From: a virus
Taxonomy: Duplodnaviria > Caudoviricetes
IMG/VR virus record: IMGVR_UViG_3300048672_000970
Coordinates: 1-64,000 of that record
Length of the DNA: 64,000 nt
Direction: 5' to 3' (one strand)
Below are positions 1-9,446 of this stretch, piece after piece. The stretch's first letter is position 1. Each line of letters starts with the position of its first letter. Made by a program: the position numbers and the translations under genes. The notes beneath the pieces were generated by a model. It was not told the DNA's origin. It was given only the letters and a program-made list of their open reading frames with translations, and did no database searches.

Positions 1-134
1 AGTTCTTCACTTAGACGCCCGATTTGTTGTTCAGCCTCCATACCCCTCTGATACTGGCCGGCATCTTCGGAATACATGTATTGCCAATTATGCCGGCTCA
101 TCAGGGCTTCGAGCTGTTTTAGTTTATCACTCAT
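1..134 (-). CDS. Partial hypothetical phage protein (runs off the left edge)
   Basis: ATG at 134 overlaps the upstream gene's stop; reads MSDKLKQLEALMSRHNWQYMYSEDAGQYQRG with no stop to position 1. Confidence 0.55.
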   Translation of the reverse strand, partial: MSDKLKQLEALMSRHNWQYMYSEDAGQYQRGMEAEQQIGRLSEE

Positions 135-498
135 ACTTAAGCCCTCGCTTAATCATTTCATTTTCAAGTTGACGCGGACTATACGTTTGAATTTCTTCGT
201 TCATACTCACCAGCCGCAGACGCGGAATGAAATGAGTGATGAGTAGCTTATGCTTGAAATTTTCGCCGAACGCAATGTGTTCAGCCTTATGCAAATCTTC
301 GCCATAAACAGCCGTATTTTCAAGATAGCCCGAGAAAATAGACGGGTGATTCAGGCTAAAAGAAAGCAGATAACTCTGGTTCATCCCCGAATAGTTCGCA
401 ACCAGATTGCTGAGACTCAAGAGAGCATTGGCTGCACGCAGGAGCTTAATAACATTCAACAGGTCAGCATCAGAGACAGTGTTCAGGAGAGTGGTCAT
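127..498 (-). CDS. Hypothetical protein
   Basis: ORF track 127..543; start moved to the ATG at 498, which follows an AAGGAA RBS. Confidence 0.6.
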   Translation of the reverse strand: MTTLLNTVSDADLLNVIKLLRAANALLSLSNLVANYSGMNQSYLLSFSLNHPSIFSGYLENTAVYGEDLHKAEHIAFGENFKHKLLITHFIPRLRLVSMNEEIQTYSPRQLENEMIKRGLKYE

Positions 499-558
499 TT
501 CGTTTCCTTGAGTTGATAGATGAATTGTACATCCACCTATCATGAAAGTACAGCACTG

Positions 559-1158
559 TTACATTTCGATGCCAAGAAGCCGAAGTTCTTCCTCGGTCAT
601 AACACTGTTAAGTTTCTCTCTGGCCTGATGAACCTTTAGCAGAGTCTTCTGTTCTTCTTGTCGGAATTTCTGGTAACTTTCAAGACCATCCATAATCATC
701 TGAAGTTGCCACATAGCGTCCTCAAAATTCTCTTTGGTGCTTTTTGCACGTTGCTCCCACCCTTCAACCTCAGTAATGCCAATTTCTATGATGCCGCAAT
801 TACTGGATTCAATTTCTTTCTGTGAAATCGAGCCAATTGGCGGCATACGGTCAAACAGCGGCATACGGTCAAACACTGATGCAACCGTATCAAGGCCGTT
901 TTGTAGGGAATAAAATATATCGGGCATCGTATCCGAGGCACAAAGAATAACCCCTGAAATGAAATCGGTCGCAACCGGAGTTAGTACAATATGCGCGGCA
1001 CCGTCACCTAAAGCATTTACATGTGCATTATTTACTTCTGCAATTCGTTTGAACAGTGTGATGAGGTAATGTCCGTTGATAAAGGCACGAAGTTCCTCGC
1101 GTTCACGTTCTTGAGCCTGAGCCAGCTTTTCAGCCTTAGAGAGTTTGGTAGCCATCAT
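559..1158 (-). CDS. Hypothetical protein
   Basis: 199-aa ORF in a tightly packed minus-strand run. Confidence 0.65.
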   Translation of the reverse strand: MMATKLSKAEKLAQAQEREREELRAFINGHYLITLFKRIAEVNNAHVNALGDGAAHIVLTPVATDFISGVILCASDTMPDIFYSLQNGLDTVASVFDRMPLFDRMPPIGSISQKEIESSNCGIIEIGITEVEGWEQRAKSTKENFEDAMWQLQMIMDGLESYQKFRQEEQKTLLKVHQAREKLNSVMTEEELRLLGIEM

Positions 1159-1330
1159 TGGTTCCTTTCATTTCAACAATTTTAGCTCTAAGATAGTGTT
1201 GGATTTTGTTCCAATGATGTTCTCCCCAAATATCAATTGCTGCTTGTTCGCATTCAGCAATTGATGATTTGACAGTATAGGGAAGAATGTACTTAAAAAT
1301 TGGCCCATCTATAAACACTGCATGCATCAT
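1136..1330 (-). CDS. Small hypothetical protein
   Basis: 64-aa ORF overlapping neighbours at both ends (ATGA coupling at 1327-1330). Confidence 0.5.
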   Translation of the reverse strand: MMHAVFIDGPIFKYILPYTVKSSIAECEQAAIDIWGEHHWNKIQHYLRAKIVEMKGTNDGYQTL

Positions 1331-1608
1331 TCAATCCTTTCTTCGATGAACATTTCAACTGGTAGGAGATATCCGTTAACGGGAATTTCAGTTCGTTTGA
1401 TTTTGGAATAGAAAACAGTTTGCAGAAAGTCATTCCTGCCATCCCATGAATAGAATAGTTTGTAACACTCGTAATGAGCGATATGATGAATCTCGCAAAG
1501 GTGTTTCACAAATTCGCCATATCTGCCAGCAACATAGTTCTCGCTATCTAACTTATTGAGCTTGAGAAGCTGTTCCCTGATACTCGGCGCCGGCGTGAAT
1601 TTATACAT
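1327..1608 (-). CDS. Hypothetical protein
   Basis: 93-aa ORF coupled to its neighbours. Confidence 0.6.
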   Translation of the reverse strand: MYKFTPAPSIREQLLKLNKLDSENYVAGRYGEFVKHLCEIHHIAHYECYKLFYSWDGRNDFLQTVFYSKIKRTEIPVNGYLLPVEMFIEERIE

Positions 1609-1972
1609 TGTTCAAAATCGCCTTCCTATTAGCCTTCAACTGCAAAAGCAGTGCCTGAAGATACTGCTGATAGCTATCGGTACACTCAGGCGAATTCCCC
1701 TCACTGAACGAAACTTCAATCACTTTCCGTGGTATGAAGTCTGCCGGCATCTGAAATGGAATAAAAGAGGGGAGAATATTAACATTTTTCCATTTTGCAC
1801 CGAGAACAGTCTGACTCAGTTCTTTTTCAATTTCGTCATATTCTGAACGCAAAACATCCTTATCAAACACGAAAATGTTACGCTTCAGATAGTCCAGCCG
1901 ATATTCAGTGAACAGCGTTTTATTGCAAATCTCGTTCATCAGTTTACGGTTAGCAGCAGACAATCCCATCAT
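1601..1972 (-). CDS. Hypothetical protein
   Basis: 123-aa ORF coupled to its neighbours. Confidence 0.6.
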   Translation of the reverse strand: MMGLSAANRKLMNEICNKTLFTEYRLDYLKRNIFVFDKDVLRSEYDEIEKELSQTVLGAKWKNVNILPSFIPFQMPADFIPRKVIEVSFSEGNSPECTDSYQQYLQALLLQLKANRKAILNNV

Positions 1973-2596
1973 TCACCCTTTCATCAAGTTATAAGCATCA
2001 ATCATGGCTTGAGTATCAGTGATGGCCTGCTTATACGCAGCAACCCGTTCCTCAAGGAACTCAACACCCAAATCCATTGTTCCGCCATGATTTGAGGCGA
2101 CGATAACAGGTTTACCATCTACGTTGATGAGCCATGCCTGACTATCGCATTCCCAACCAGACCAGTACACGTCAATGACTTGTTCCGCAAGAATTTCTTT
2201 TCCATTAAACACAACTGTCAGGGCGTTAATTTTGGCCTTCTCAACATTCTCAAGATGCCAACGACCTCTAACGGTTTCGTAAATCATCTTTGCCACTGGC
2301 GCGTGTTTATTAAAAGCATCCTCCCAGAAATTAAACAGTAGCTGATTGTATTCGTACGGAGTGTTTTTATCAGTCATCATTTTCGGCGTGGCTCGAATTT
2401 CCCTAATAACCGCCTGCAGAACCTTCGTCAGTTGAAGTGGATCTACCCGAGAGTGCAGCTCATTGAACCTGTCATAAAATGACTTGGACTCATTACAAGC
2501 GATATCACTCAGTTCATTAACGTCAAGTTCGTTAAAGGACTTGACACACAGTTCTTTGTATTTGTTAACCAGTTCATTCACTTTCTTAATAGTCAT
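1973..2596 (-). CDS. Hypothetical protein
   Basis: 207-aa ORF abutting its neighbours. Confidence 0.65.
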   Translation of the reverse strand: MTIKKVNELVNKYKELCVKSFNELDVNELSDIACNESKSFYDRFNELHSRVDPLQLTKVLQAVIREIRATPKMMTDKNTPYEYNQLLFNFWEDAFNKHAPVAKMIYETVRGRWHLENVEKAKINALTVVFNGKEILAEQVIDVYWSGWECDSQAWLINVDGKPVIVASNHGGTMDLGVEFLEERVAAYKQAITDTQAMIDAYNLMKG

Positions 2597-2597
2597 C

Positions 2598-3383
2598 TCA
2601 TTCTCCTAAGTCAATAATCATCGGACGACCACCAATGGTGGCGTTCCTGTATTCTGACACATAGCCAGTTGGATTGCAATAGATTTTACATCCATGAAGC
2701 GCTGTTTCGATACGGTCATGAGTATGTCCGTGAAGCCAGAAATCGGCCTTTTCAATCAGATGGTCGCTATCACTGGCAAAGCCGCCATTGATGCCATCAC
2801 CCCAATGTTTGAACCGGGGATGAACAAGTTCCCGGCTAGGAAGGTGATGAGTGATGCATACGTTCTTTTTCGTGCCAGCACTTAACGCAATGTCAAACAG
2901 TGTTTGTTGTTTTTCATGCAGACGCTTCATGTCGCGGACAGAAAACTTTGAGGCAAAATCATCAATCTTTTTGAAATCATTCAGCCCTTCATAAACAGCC
3001 AGTGAATCTAACGGCTGTTTGCCACCATCCGCCCAAAACGTTCCGAGAATGAATTTGAATTCAGGATGTTCAGTAAAGACTTTAACATCGGTGATGCCAG
3101 TGTGCCATAGGTTACTGAATGCTAATTTATCATGATACTCATCAACCGCTTGAAGCGACGTTCCATATGCCTCATGATTACCAAGAACATACAGCACTTT
3201 CTCAAATTTGTCCGTGCAAATGGTGAGAAATTCAGTTAGCCTATCAAAATGCTTCCCACTGAAAATGTCTCCAGCCAGTACCAGCCAAGCATTCTTTTCT
3301 GGGATGATGTAAGCGTTAAACAGGTCTGGAACCGGTGCAGAAAAGCCTTCAAGATGAAGGTCGGAATGGAGTTGAAGTTTCAT
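2598..3383 (-). CDS. Calcineurin-like metallophosphoesterase
   Basis: Motifs SDLH, LAGD, LGNHE, THH and HGHTH in canonical order; start may extend to 3419. Confidence 0.9.
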   Translation of the reverse strand: MKLQLHSDLHLEGFSAPVPDLFNAYIIPEKNAWLVLAGDIFSGKHFDRLTEFLTICTDKFEKVLYVLGNHEAYGTSLQAVDEYHDKLAFSNLWHTGITDVKVFTEHPEFKFILGTFWADGGKQPLDSLAVYEGLNDFKKIDDFASKFSVRDMKRLHEKQQTLFDIALSAGTKKNVCITHHLPSRELVHPRFKHWGDGINGGFASDSDHLIEKADFWLHGHTHDRIETALHGCKIYCNPTGYVSEYRNATIGGRPMIIDLGE

Positions 3384-3467
3384 ATTAAATTCCGTTAGCC
3401 AGATGTTCCCACCCAGCATCTAGAGAACTACACATCACCGCATATTCATGCGGGCCGGCGAACACGT

Positions 3468-3920
3468 TCACGATTCCCATTTTGTCGGATTCCTTTCAAG
3501 CAGATGATTTAATGTTTTTATATGAATGACAACATCATTGCCGGCGTACACGGCATTAATGATGGTGGTGAGTAAATCAATTTTAGAAGTGAGTTGCTGA
3601 CACTGCCTGTCGATAATAATTCGTTCACATTCAAATTGGCAGTCATATTCGGGGGTTGAGAAAAATTCGCAAAATTCGTTTTCATGCCACCAGTTATGAG
3701 CCTTTTGACAAAGATTGCGCCAGAAAGAGGCATTAACGTACCGTCGATGCTCGGCATATTTGGCCTCAAATTCTTGTTGCCAACTGCGGACACGGCGAAG
3801 ATCGCTTTCGTGGTCACCCAGCATCAAGCATAAGTTTTCAAAGAGTGGATTCGGCGTTCCAAGATTACCTTTAATATGCACGGTATCGGTCATAGTAGCT
3901 CCATTGGTTAGGTTTTTCAT
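3468..3920 (-). CDS. Hypothetical protein
   Basis: 150-aa ORF. Confidence 0.6.
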   Translation of the reverse strand: MKNLTNGATMTDTVHIKGNLGTPNPLFENLCLMLGDHESDLRRVRSWQQEFEAKYAEHRRYVNASFWRNLCQKAHNWWHENEFCEFFSTPEYDCQFECERIIIDRQCQQLTSKIDLLTTIINAVYAGNDVVIHIKTLNHLLERNPTKWES

Positions 3921-3926
3921 TATAGC

Positions 3927-3955
3927 AAAAAGCCGCCCCTTGGGGCGGCTTTTTT
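3927..3955. terminator. Intrinsic terminator (bidirectional-type)
   Basis: AAAAAGCCGCCCC-TT-GGGGCGGCTTTTT: perfect GC stem flanked by A and T tracts. Confidence 0.8.
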
Positions 3956-4679
3956 ACTTAGGCAGGTCGAAACCGTCTGTCATCTTGGCAACAGCCTGTT
4001 TTCGCAGATTGTCCGCAATACCAAAGTAGATTTGGCGCGCAGCGTCTGCTACGAAATCAAACACGAGAAAGTTCAGGAGAGAAATCGGCCAGCAGGAAAT
4101 CCATCCGATGATTGACTTTTTATGCTCGCTCGGAACAGGCGTCACATGCTCGATAAGCTGTTGAAAGGTGGAGGGAGTGGTAAAAGAATATGTCTTAACG
4201 CTAGAACGCATGCTGTCATCCACCTCGGACACCAGTTTTGCCTGTGAGGATTTCAATCCCAAATGGCTAAATTCAACTTCATCCGCGTAAAGAGCGGAAA
4301 CGGGAATCTTAGACGACTTTGACCATTTAGCAAGTGCTTCATCGAACTGGCGCTTTTGATTTGCCAGTAGACGAGTCCATTGCATCTTTGCCCAAAATGC
4401 ACCAGCGACAAAGAAGCCGATTACTGCAGCAAAATGCACATACCACGGTTGGTCAATAATGGCTGTGAGAAGTGCTGAATCGGCCAGCTTGACTCCGTTA
4501 TGCCAGTTGTTAAAAACCATTGCGAGAAGCACTAGGCCGAGAAGCGATGCCCATCCTTCATACGTGTCACTGTTGACAATCTGACTCAAAATGAGAGTGA
4601 TGAAAAAGACGATGGCCGCGAAAAGCAGCGGGGAGTTCAGAGCGAACACCGTGATGAGAATGCCAGAGAGAAATTCCAT
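3954..4679 (-). CDS. Multi-pass membrane protein
   Basis: Several long hydrophobic segments in the N-terminal half and one near the C-terminus. Confidence 0.7.
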   Translation of the reverse strand: MEFLSGILITVFALNSPLLFAAIVFFITLILSQIVNSDTYEGWASLLGLVLLAMVFNNWHNGVKLADSALLTAIIDQPWYVHFAAVIGFFVAGAFWAKMQWTRLLANQKRQFDEALAKWSKSSKIPVSALYADEVEFSHLGLKSSQAKLVSEVDDSMRSSVKTYSFTTPSTFQQLIEHVTPVPSEHKKSIIGWISCWPISLLNFLVFDFVADAARQIYFGIADNLRKQAVAKMTDGFDLPK

Positions 4680-4704
4680 TATGGTTCCTTTTGGTTAGAG
4701 ATAA

Positions 4705-4977
4705 TTATTGCGCGTCAAGACCGCAACCTTTTTCGGTTTTGACGCTATACGGTTCATACAAGTCAAATCCGATGAAATAAAACGGGGCGACGAGAGTTTC
4801 AGACAAAATGAAAGCCCAAACGACGTTGCCCCAAATGACACGATAGCACATCTTTTTGCTTTGGTCAGTTTGTGCATTCAACAGCCCAAACGTAGGGTAA
4901 ACCTTTTCTTGATGATGCATCGGCTGACCGCATGCAGTGAGGCAAAGAACCATCAACACAATCAGAAACTTTTTCAT
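4705..4977 (-). CDS. Putative lipoprotein
   Basis: MKKFLIVLMVLCLTAC signal peptide with lipobox; start at ATG 4977. Confidence 0.7.
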   Translation of the reverse strand: MKKFLIVLMVLCLTACGQPMHHQEKVYPTFGLLNAQTDQSKKMCYRVIWGNVVWAFILSETLVAPFYFIGFDLYEPYSVKTEKGCGLDAQ

Positions 4978-4987
4978 TTGGTGCCTT

Positions 4988-5410
4988 TCAAAAATCGGTG
5001 CACCGTACAACACTGGTCAGTTCTTTGTACCGACTGAATGGGATTGTAACGCAGGTTTCAGTGTCTTGCAATAGCGTAATCAGTCGTTGCAAAGAATCAA
5101 GATGGGCTTGGGCGGTTTGAAGAAGATTTTCAAGGTCTTTTCGCTGGTCGAAAAGACGCCGCCGCTCAGCGTCGGCGCGGATTTCAACCGCTTCAAATTC
5201 TCCAAACAGCGATTCTTTAATGAGGCTGAATATTGAGATAGTTTGGCGGCATCCTTCTTCGTCCATCTGCTCGATTTGCCGCTCAATATCCGCAATCTGC
5301 TCGCAAAGTTCTTGAATGTGGAATTCAACTGCAGGAATCATCTTCAGAAATTCTTTGACGAAATAGTCTCGGTCTTCCAAAGAATCAATCTGAATAGTGA
5401 TATCAGCCAT
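4988..5410 (-). CDS. Coiled-coil hypothetical protein
   Basis: Heptad-rich ORF starting MADITIQ at 5410. Confidence 0.6.
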   Translation of the reverse strand: MADITIQIDSLEDRDYFVKEFLKMIPAVEFHIQELCEQIADIERQIEQMDEEGCRQTISIFSLIKESLFGEFEAVEIRADAERRRLFDQRKDLENLLQTAQAHLDSLQRLITLLQDTETCVTIPFSRYKELTSVVRCTDF

Positions 5411-5451
5411 TGGGGCCTTTCGTTTGTTATCCAATGACTGAATTCTAGACG

Positions 5452-5479
5452 AAAAAACGGGGACTCGCAAGCCCCCGTT
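5452..5479 (-). terminator. Intrinsic terminator after phoH
   Basis: Minus strand AACGGGGGCTTGCGAGTCCCCGTTTTTT. Confidence 0.7.
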
Positions 5480-5499
5480 ACAAACACTTACATTTTCAA

Positions 5500-6264
5500 T
5501 TATTCCAGATTGTCCAGAATCAGAGAAATCAGTGGATGCCGCTGAATGTCCGCTTTGGTCAGTTCAACCACGCAAATATCAGGCGACTTGCCACGTAACT
5601 TAGTGATAACTTGTTCAAAGCCGGTTTGATTCGTTTTCACATCACTTTGTTTTGTATCACCAGTGAAAACCATTTGGCAATTTTCACTAATGCGGGTGAG
5701 CAACAGTTTGAAAGATTCAACGCTCATATTTTGGGATTCTTCGACCAGTACGATGCAATCCTTAAAAGTCTTGCCGCGTTGGTACGCAAGTGGAGCAAAT
5801 TCGATACGTCCTTCTTCCATCAGTTGATCAACCATCTTCGCGCCAATCAGTTCTTCCATGCAGTTTAATGTCGGCATGAAATAGGGTAGTACCTTATCTT
5901 CCAATTCGCCGGGCAGTGCTCCAAGGTCAAATTCACCTGAAGTCAATACCCCTGCTGGAACGATTGGCCGAGTGACGAGAATCTTTTCAACTTCGTTACT
6001 CAGCAGTTTTTCCAGGGCTGATTGGGCAGCAAGGATACTTTTACCAGTTCCACTAGCGCCGTAACAAAACAGCACCGGGTAACCGTCATCAAGCATTCTC
6101 ACATACATTTCCTGACCATAACTCTTTGGTAAGAGCTTTTTCCGGAACTGGACGTTTTGCTTGATTGGTTGTGGATACTTCTGACGTTTTGGCTTAATCT
6201 GAGTTACTTTCCCTCCAAAAAACTCGTCATCGTCAGTTTCTCTAATTTTTACAGATTTTCCCAA
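5500..6264 (-). CDS. phoH: PhoH-family ATPase
   Basis: GASGTGKS Walker A, ILVTRP, GALPG, LAYQRGKTF, VEESQN and GDTKQSD are PhoH signatures. Confidence 0.93.
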   Translation of the reverse strand: MGKSVKIRETDDDEFFGGKVTQIKPKRQKYPQPIKQNVQFRKKLLPKSYGQEMYVRMLDDGYPVLFCYGASGTGKSILAAQSALEKLLSNEVEKILVTRPIVPAGVLTSGEFDLGALPGELEDKVLPYFMPTLNCMEELIGAKMVDQLMEEGRIEFAPLAYQRGKTFKDCIVLVEESQNMSVESFKLLLTRISENCQMVFTGDTKQSDVKTNQTGFEQVITKLRGKSPDICVVELTKADIQRHPLISLILDNLE

Positions 6265-6421
6265 TTAATGCTCCTTTATAGTTGGGGTTACTTTTAAGCA
6301 TCGCTGCTCTGAGGGTTAGTTTTATCGTGCCTGAATGGAGAGAAAATTGCTACGGGATGTTTATATACCCGTCTAGGTTATATTTTAGGCACAACCAGAA
6401 AAACTAACAAAAATGGATTCT

Positions 6422-6805
6422 TTACTTATCGTTCCTCATCTTGGTCACCATGTTCATCCAGTCAGTTGTCGTGATGACCATCCCTTCTGGGAATTTAGGC
6501 ATCTTCGCCGACTTGTCCATGCATTGCATCAGATGATGCGCCAGTTTAACACGTTCTTCGTTCGACATTGCACGTAATGCATCTACAGCTTCAGCATCCG
6601 ACGCATGGGAATCCAGTCCGATGCCATTGTTGCTGAGAAAAAATTCTGATGGAACGGCATCTTCATGCTTGAAAAATTCGGACATCTTGGACAGGACGAA
6701 AATGTCTGATGGGTCAGCTTTACCGTCATTGTCGATGATACGCTGAAGAACTAACCGTTCGTTAATGTAGCCATCTTCAGCGAGAAATCGTTGCAGTAGT
6801 TTCAT
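6422..6805 (-). CDS. Hypothetical protein (late-promoter motif upstream)
   Basis: 127-aa ORF; TAAATA at 6831-6836 on the minus strand. Confidence 0.6.
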   Translation of the reverse strand: MKLLQRFLAEDGYINERLVLQRIIDNDGKADPSDIFVLSKMSEFFKHEDAVPSEFFLSNNGIGLDSHASDAEAVDALRAMSNEERVKLAHHLMQCMDKSAKMPKFPEGMVITTTDWMNMVTKMRNDK

Positions 6806-6842
6806 AATGAAAACTTTATTGGGTTTCCATTATTTACCAGAT

Positions 6843-7403
6843 TCAGTAGATGTAATCAACAACTTGGTCGCACAGGCCATACTTCTTGCATTCATGTGCG
6901 GTCAGGAATCGGTCTGATTGCGCGAACACAATATCCTTGATTTGCTTTTCATTCATGGTCGAATGCTTCTTGAAATAAGTGATGAACTTCTTGGCGAGCA
7001 TTTCATTTCGTTTGTTGATGGCGACTAGCTCATGGTACTTACCTTCCATGCCGCCGTAAAACTGGTGAGCCATGATTTCCGTATTGCGGGTAATCTTGCG
7101 AGTTCCTTTATTGCCAGCACAAGCGATTAGAAGGCCCATAGACGCGAGCAAACCGGACGCGGTAGTGTGGACAGGGAGCCGGGAATGGACGATGGCATCA
7201 ACGATGGCAAAGCCATCTGACACCGAGCCACCTTCCGTATTGATGATGAAATTCAGTTGGTCAACATGATTGAGCATATTGGCCTTCAGAATGAAATTAC
7301 ACGCAGCATAGGCTTGGTTAGTTTCCACCTGTCCGAACAGCATGAAAGTGCCTAATGATTCTAGTGAAATTTGCTCAAAGCCAATTAACGTTTGTTCGTC
7401 CAT
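6843..7403 (-). CDS. clpP: ClpP-like serine protease subunit
   Basis: INTEGGSV, ASMG (catalytic Ser), IMAHQ (His) and DRFLTAHECKKYGLCDQV. Confidence 0.9.
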   Translation of the reverse strand: MDEQTLIGFEQISLESLGTFMLFGQVETNQAYAACNFILKANMLNHVDQLNFIINTEGGSVSDGFAIVDAIVHSRLPVHTTASGLLASMGLLIACAGNKGTRKITRNTEIMAHQFYGGMEGKYHELVAINKRNEMLAKKFITYFKKHSTMNEKQIKDIVFAQSDRFLTAHECKKYGLCDQVVDYIY

Positions 7404-7496
7404 AAAAAACTCCTTGTTTTCAGATTGTAAATAATTTTACCACGGATTCATCTTAACTGATGTTTCACGGGAAATTTCTTAATTGAAAGGTATCAC

Positions 7497-8132
7497 ATGC
7501 AACCACTTTACTTTGAATCCCCTTACGGGAAAACTCTACTGACGCCGTATGAATGGCAAAAACCTATCTGTGATGCATTGCAACAAAAACTGGCATCATT
7601 CCGAATCGCCCGGCAAATGGGTGGTTCATTGCTTTCACTATACCACGCATTTCACATTTGTGACCCGTTCGTATCATCTGTTAAGCAACATGTCCTCATC
7701 GTTTCCCCTAATTATCAAACCGCTAATGGGAAAAAGGATATGGCGAGAAACATTTGCCGAAACACCGGCATTCCATTCTATGAATCTCAACGGGTGCTAG
7801 AGTTTGAAAATGGCAGCACGATTCGATTTGAAAATGGAAACAACTTGAGCGAGTTTTCTCTAAAGGGTAGTAAATTTCATTCGGTGTTCATCAACGATGA
7901 TACATTCATTTCGTTCAGCATATATGAGTCAGTTTTCTACCCGTTTGTGATGGGTGAAAGCAATTTCGTCTCATTTGGTATTGGGCCGGATCATCCACTG
8001 GACAAAATGACGGCACGTGGCGAACGATACACCTTTCCTTATACTTGTAATCCAAATGCTGAACAAGTAGTGCAAAATTTGAAGGGAGTGATGACTCCTG
8101 AAATGTGGATGCGGGAAATGCTCGCTGAATAA
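7497..8132 (+). CDS. Stand-alone degenerate terminase large-subunit ATPase-like protein
   Basis: LTPYEWQ adenine-binding motif, ARQMGGS (Walker A-like, Lys replaced), VLIVSPN, ENGSTIRF, VFINDD (Walker B-like); no nuclease domain. Confidence 0.65.
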   Translation: MQPLYFESPYGKTLLTPYEWQKPICDALQQKLASFRIARQMGGSLLSLYHAFHICDPFVSSVKQHVLIVSPNYQTANGKKDMARNICRNTGIPFYESQRVLEFENGSTIRFENGNNLSEFSLKGSKFHSVFINDDTFISFSIYESVFYPFVMGESNFVSFGIGPDHPLDKMTARGERYTFPYTCNPNAEQVVQNLKGVMTPEMWMREMLAE

Positions 8133-8148
8133 GTAATTACCAACGACA

Positions 8149-8171
8149 GAAGGGGGCCAATGGCCCCCTTC
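8149..8171. terminator. Hairpin between convergent genes
   Basis: GAAGGGGGCCA-A-TGGCCCCCTTC perfect inverted repeat. Confidence 0.6.
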
Positions 8172-8278
8172 GCATGCAGTCTTTCTCTTGATATCCACTC
8201 CAGGTGGAAACTGAATTTGATTACTCAGTCGGCTGTGCGCTTTTTCAGACTACTGAACGCACTCTTTCAATTTGTTAT

Positions 8279-9379
8279 TTAGATTTGTACCAGTTGCCAA
8301 GTCTTCAGCATGTTCTTTCCGTACCATTCCATCCAATCGATTTCTCGACCATCAAATTGTAGCATGAGCAGCGCCCGTTGCGGATGATTTTTGAACATGA
8401 TGGCAAAGTCCTTCTTGCTCAGTTCACGATGGGCTTGCACGATGGTTTCGACGGCAGCTCGCACATCACGAACGGTTTCCAGCACTTGCTGCTGAATCTG
8501 ATCAAACCGTTCAACGGAAATGCCAGCCATCATTGCCGCTGCTCGCAGGTCATCAAATGTGTCATTCACAACCGCTTCCGCAATGTCTCGCTCACGCAGA
8601 AACGTGATTTGATGATGAAGATTTCGATACCAATCGGTTTTCCACTTGACCATATCACCATTGGTAAACTGAATAACGAACCCTTCAAACCCGTCTCCGG
8701 TTTCGATTTCCTTCTGCATCAGTGCTGGTTGGAAAACACCATTTTCCATGAATCGTTGTTTTTCGTCAATCACCATATTGAACGGCGGGTCAGTTTCCAT
8801 GATTTCCGCTTGAGTCAGATAACGGCCGGTTTCGTTATCTCGCACATGAAGAAGAACCAGTTTCGTTTCCAGATAGCGGACAACGATTTGCGGCAACTCG
8901 GGCGACACCAGTTCAAAAACCGGCGTCAAGCTCTTGGCAAGCATATTGTAAACCCACCGAGTGCCATTTTCCATTTGTTTCATCGCGGCCAATGCGACGT
9001 TACAATGTGGCGCATCCCACGACTTTTTCGTCTTCCAAAAAATTTGACCGTCAATCATGACCGGCACCAGCATCGAGCCATCAACCTTAATCATCACGCG
9101 GTCAACTTGCGTCCAGTCAATCGCGTGAATTTGCGTATGTTCCGTTTCACCGACGTTACGGAACTTGTGCAGCGGGCGACTAATCAGCTTGCCATCCCGG
9201 TCAAAGACGATGCCACGTCCTTCAATCCTTTCTTCATATCCTTCACCGAGAGCAAACGTCTCAGGCGTTTGAACCACGTAAGAAATGGTGGTAGTTCCTT
9301 CAATCCCCGCCATACGAACGAACATAGGATACTGAAGGGAAGAAACGTCATCGATAGTCTTGATTTGCTTGAACATCAT
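8279..9379 (-). CDS. rnlA: T4 Rnl1-like RNA ligase
   Basis: SRPLHKFRNVGE, KVDGS (adenylylated Lys motif I), TPVFE, EGFVI and MVKWKTDWY. Confidence 0.9.
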   Translation of the reverse strand: MMFKQIKTIDDVSSLQYPMFVRMAGIEGTTTISYVVQTPETFALGEGYEERIEGRGIVFDRDGKLISRPLHKFRNVGETEHTQIHAIDWTQVDRVMIKVDGSMLVPVMIDGQIFWKTKKSWDAPHCNVALAAMKQMENGTRWVYNMLAKSLTPVFELVSPELPQIVVRYLETKLVLLHVRDNETGRYLTQAEIMETDPPFNMVIDEKQRFMENGVFQPALMQKEIETGDGFEGFVIQFTNGDMVKWKTDWYRNLHHQITFLRERDIAEAVVNDTFDDLRAAAMMAGISVERFDQIQQQVLETVRDVRAAVETIVQAHRELSKKDFAIMFKNHPQRALLMLQFDGREIDWMEWYGKNMLKTWQLVQI

Positions 9380-9446
9380 CGCTCCTTGAAAAGATGATGA
9401 AGTGTAGCAAGCGTCTTCAACGAACGCAAGTGCCTATTACACTTTG

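Noticed and set aside
8172-8278. Possible structured ncRNA downstream of rnlA
   Set aside because: Only short hairpins are visible, with no recognisable family; cannot be told apart from terminator-region structure.
8378-9397. 339-aa plus-strand ORF
   Set aside because: Antisense shadow of rnlA with no motifs or RBS.
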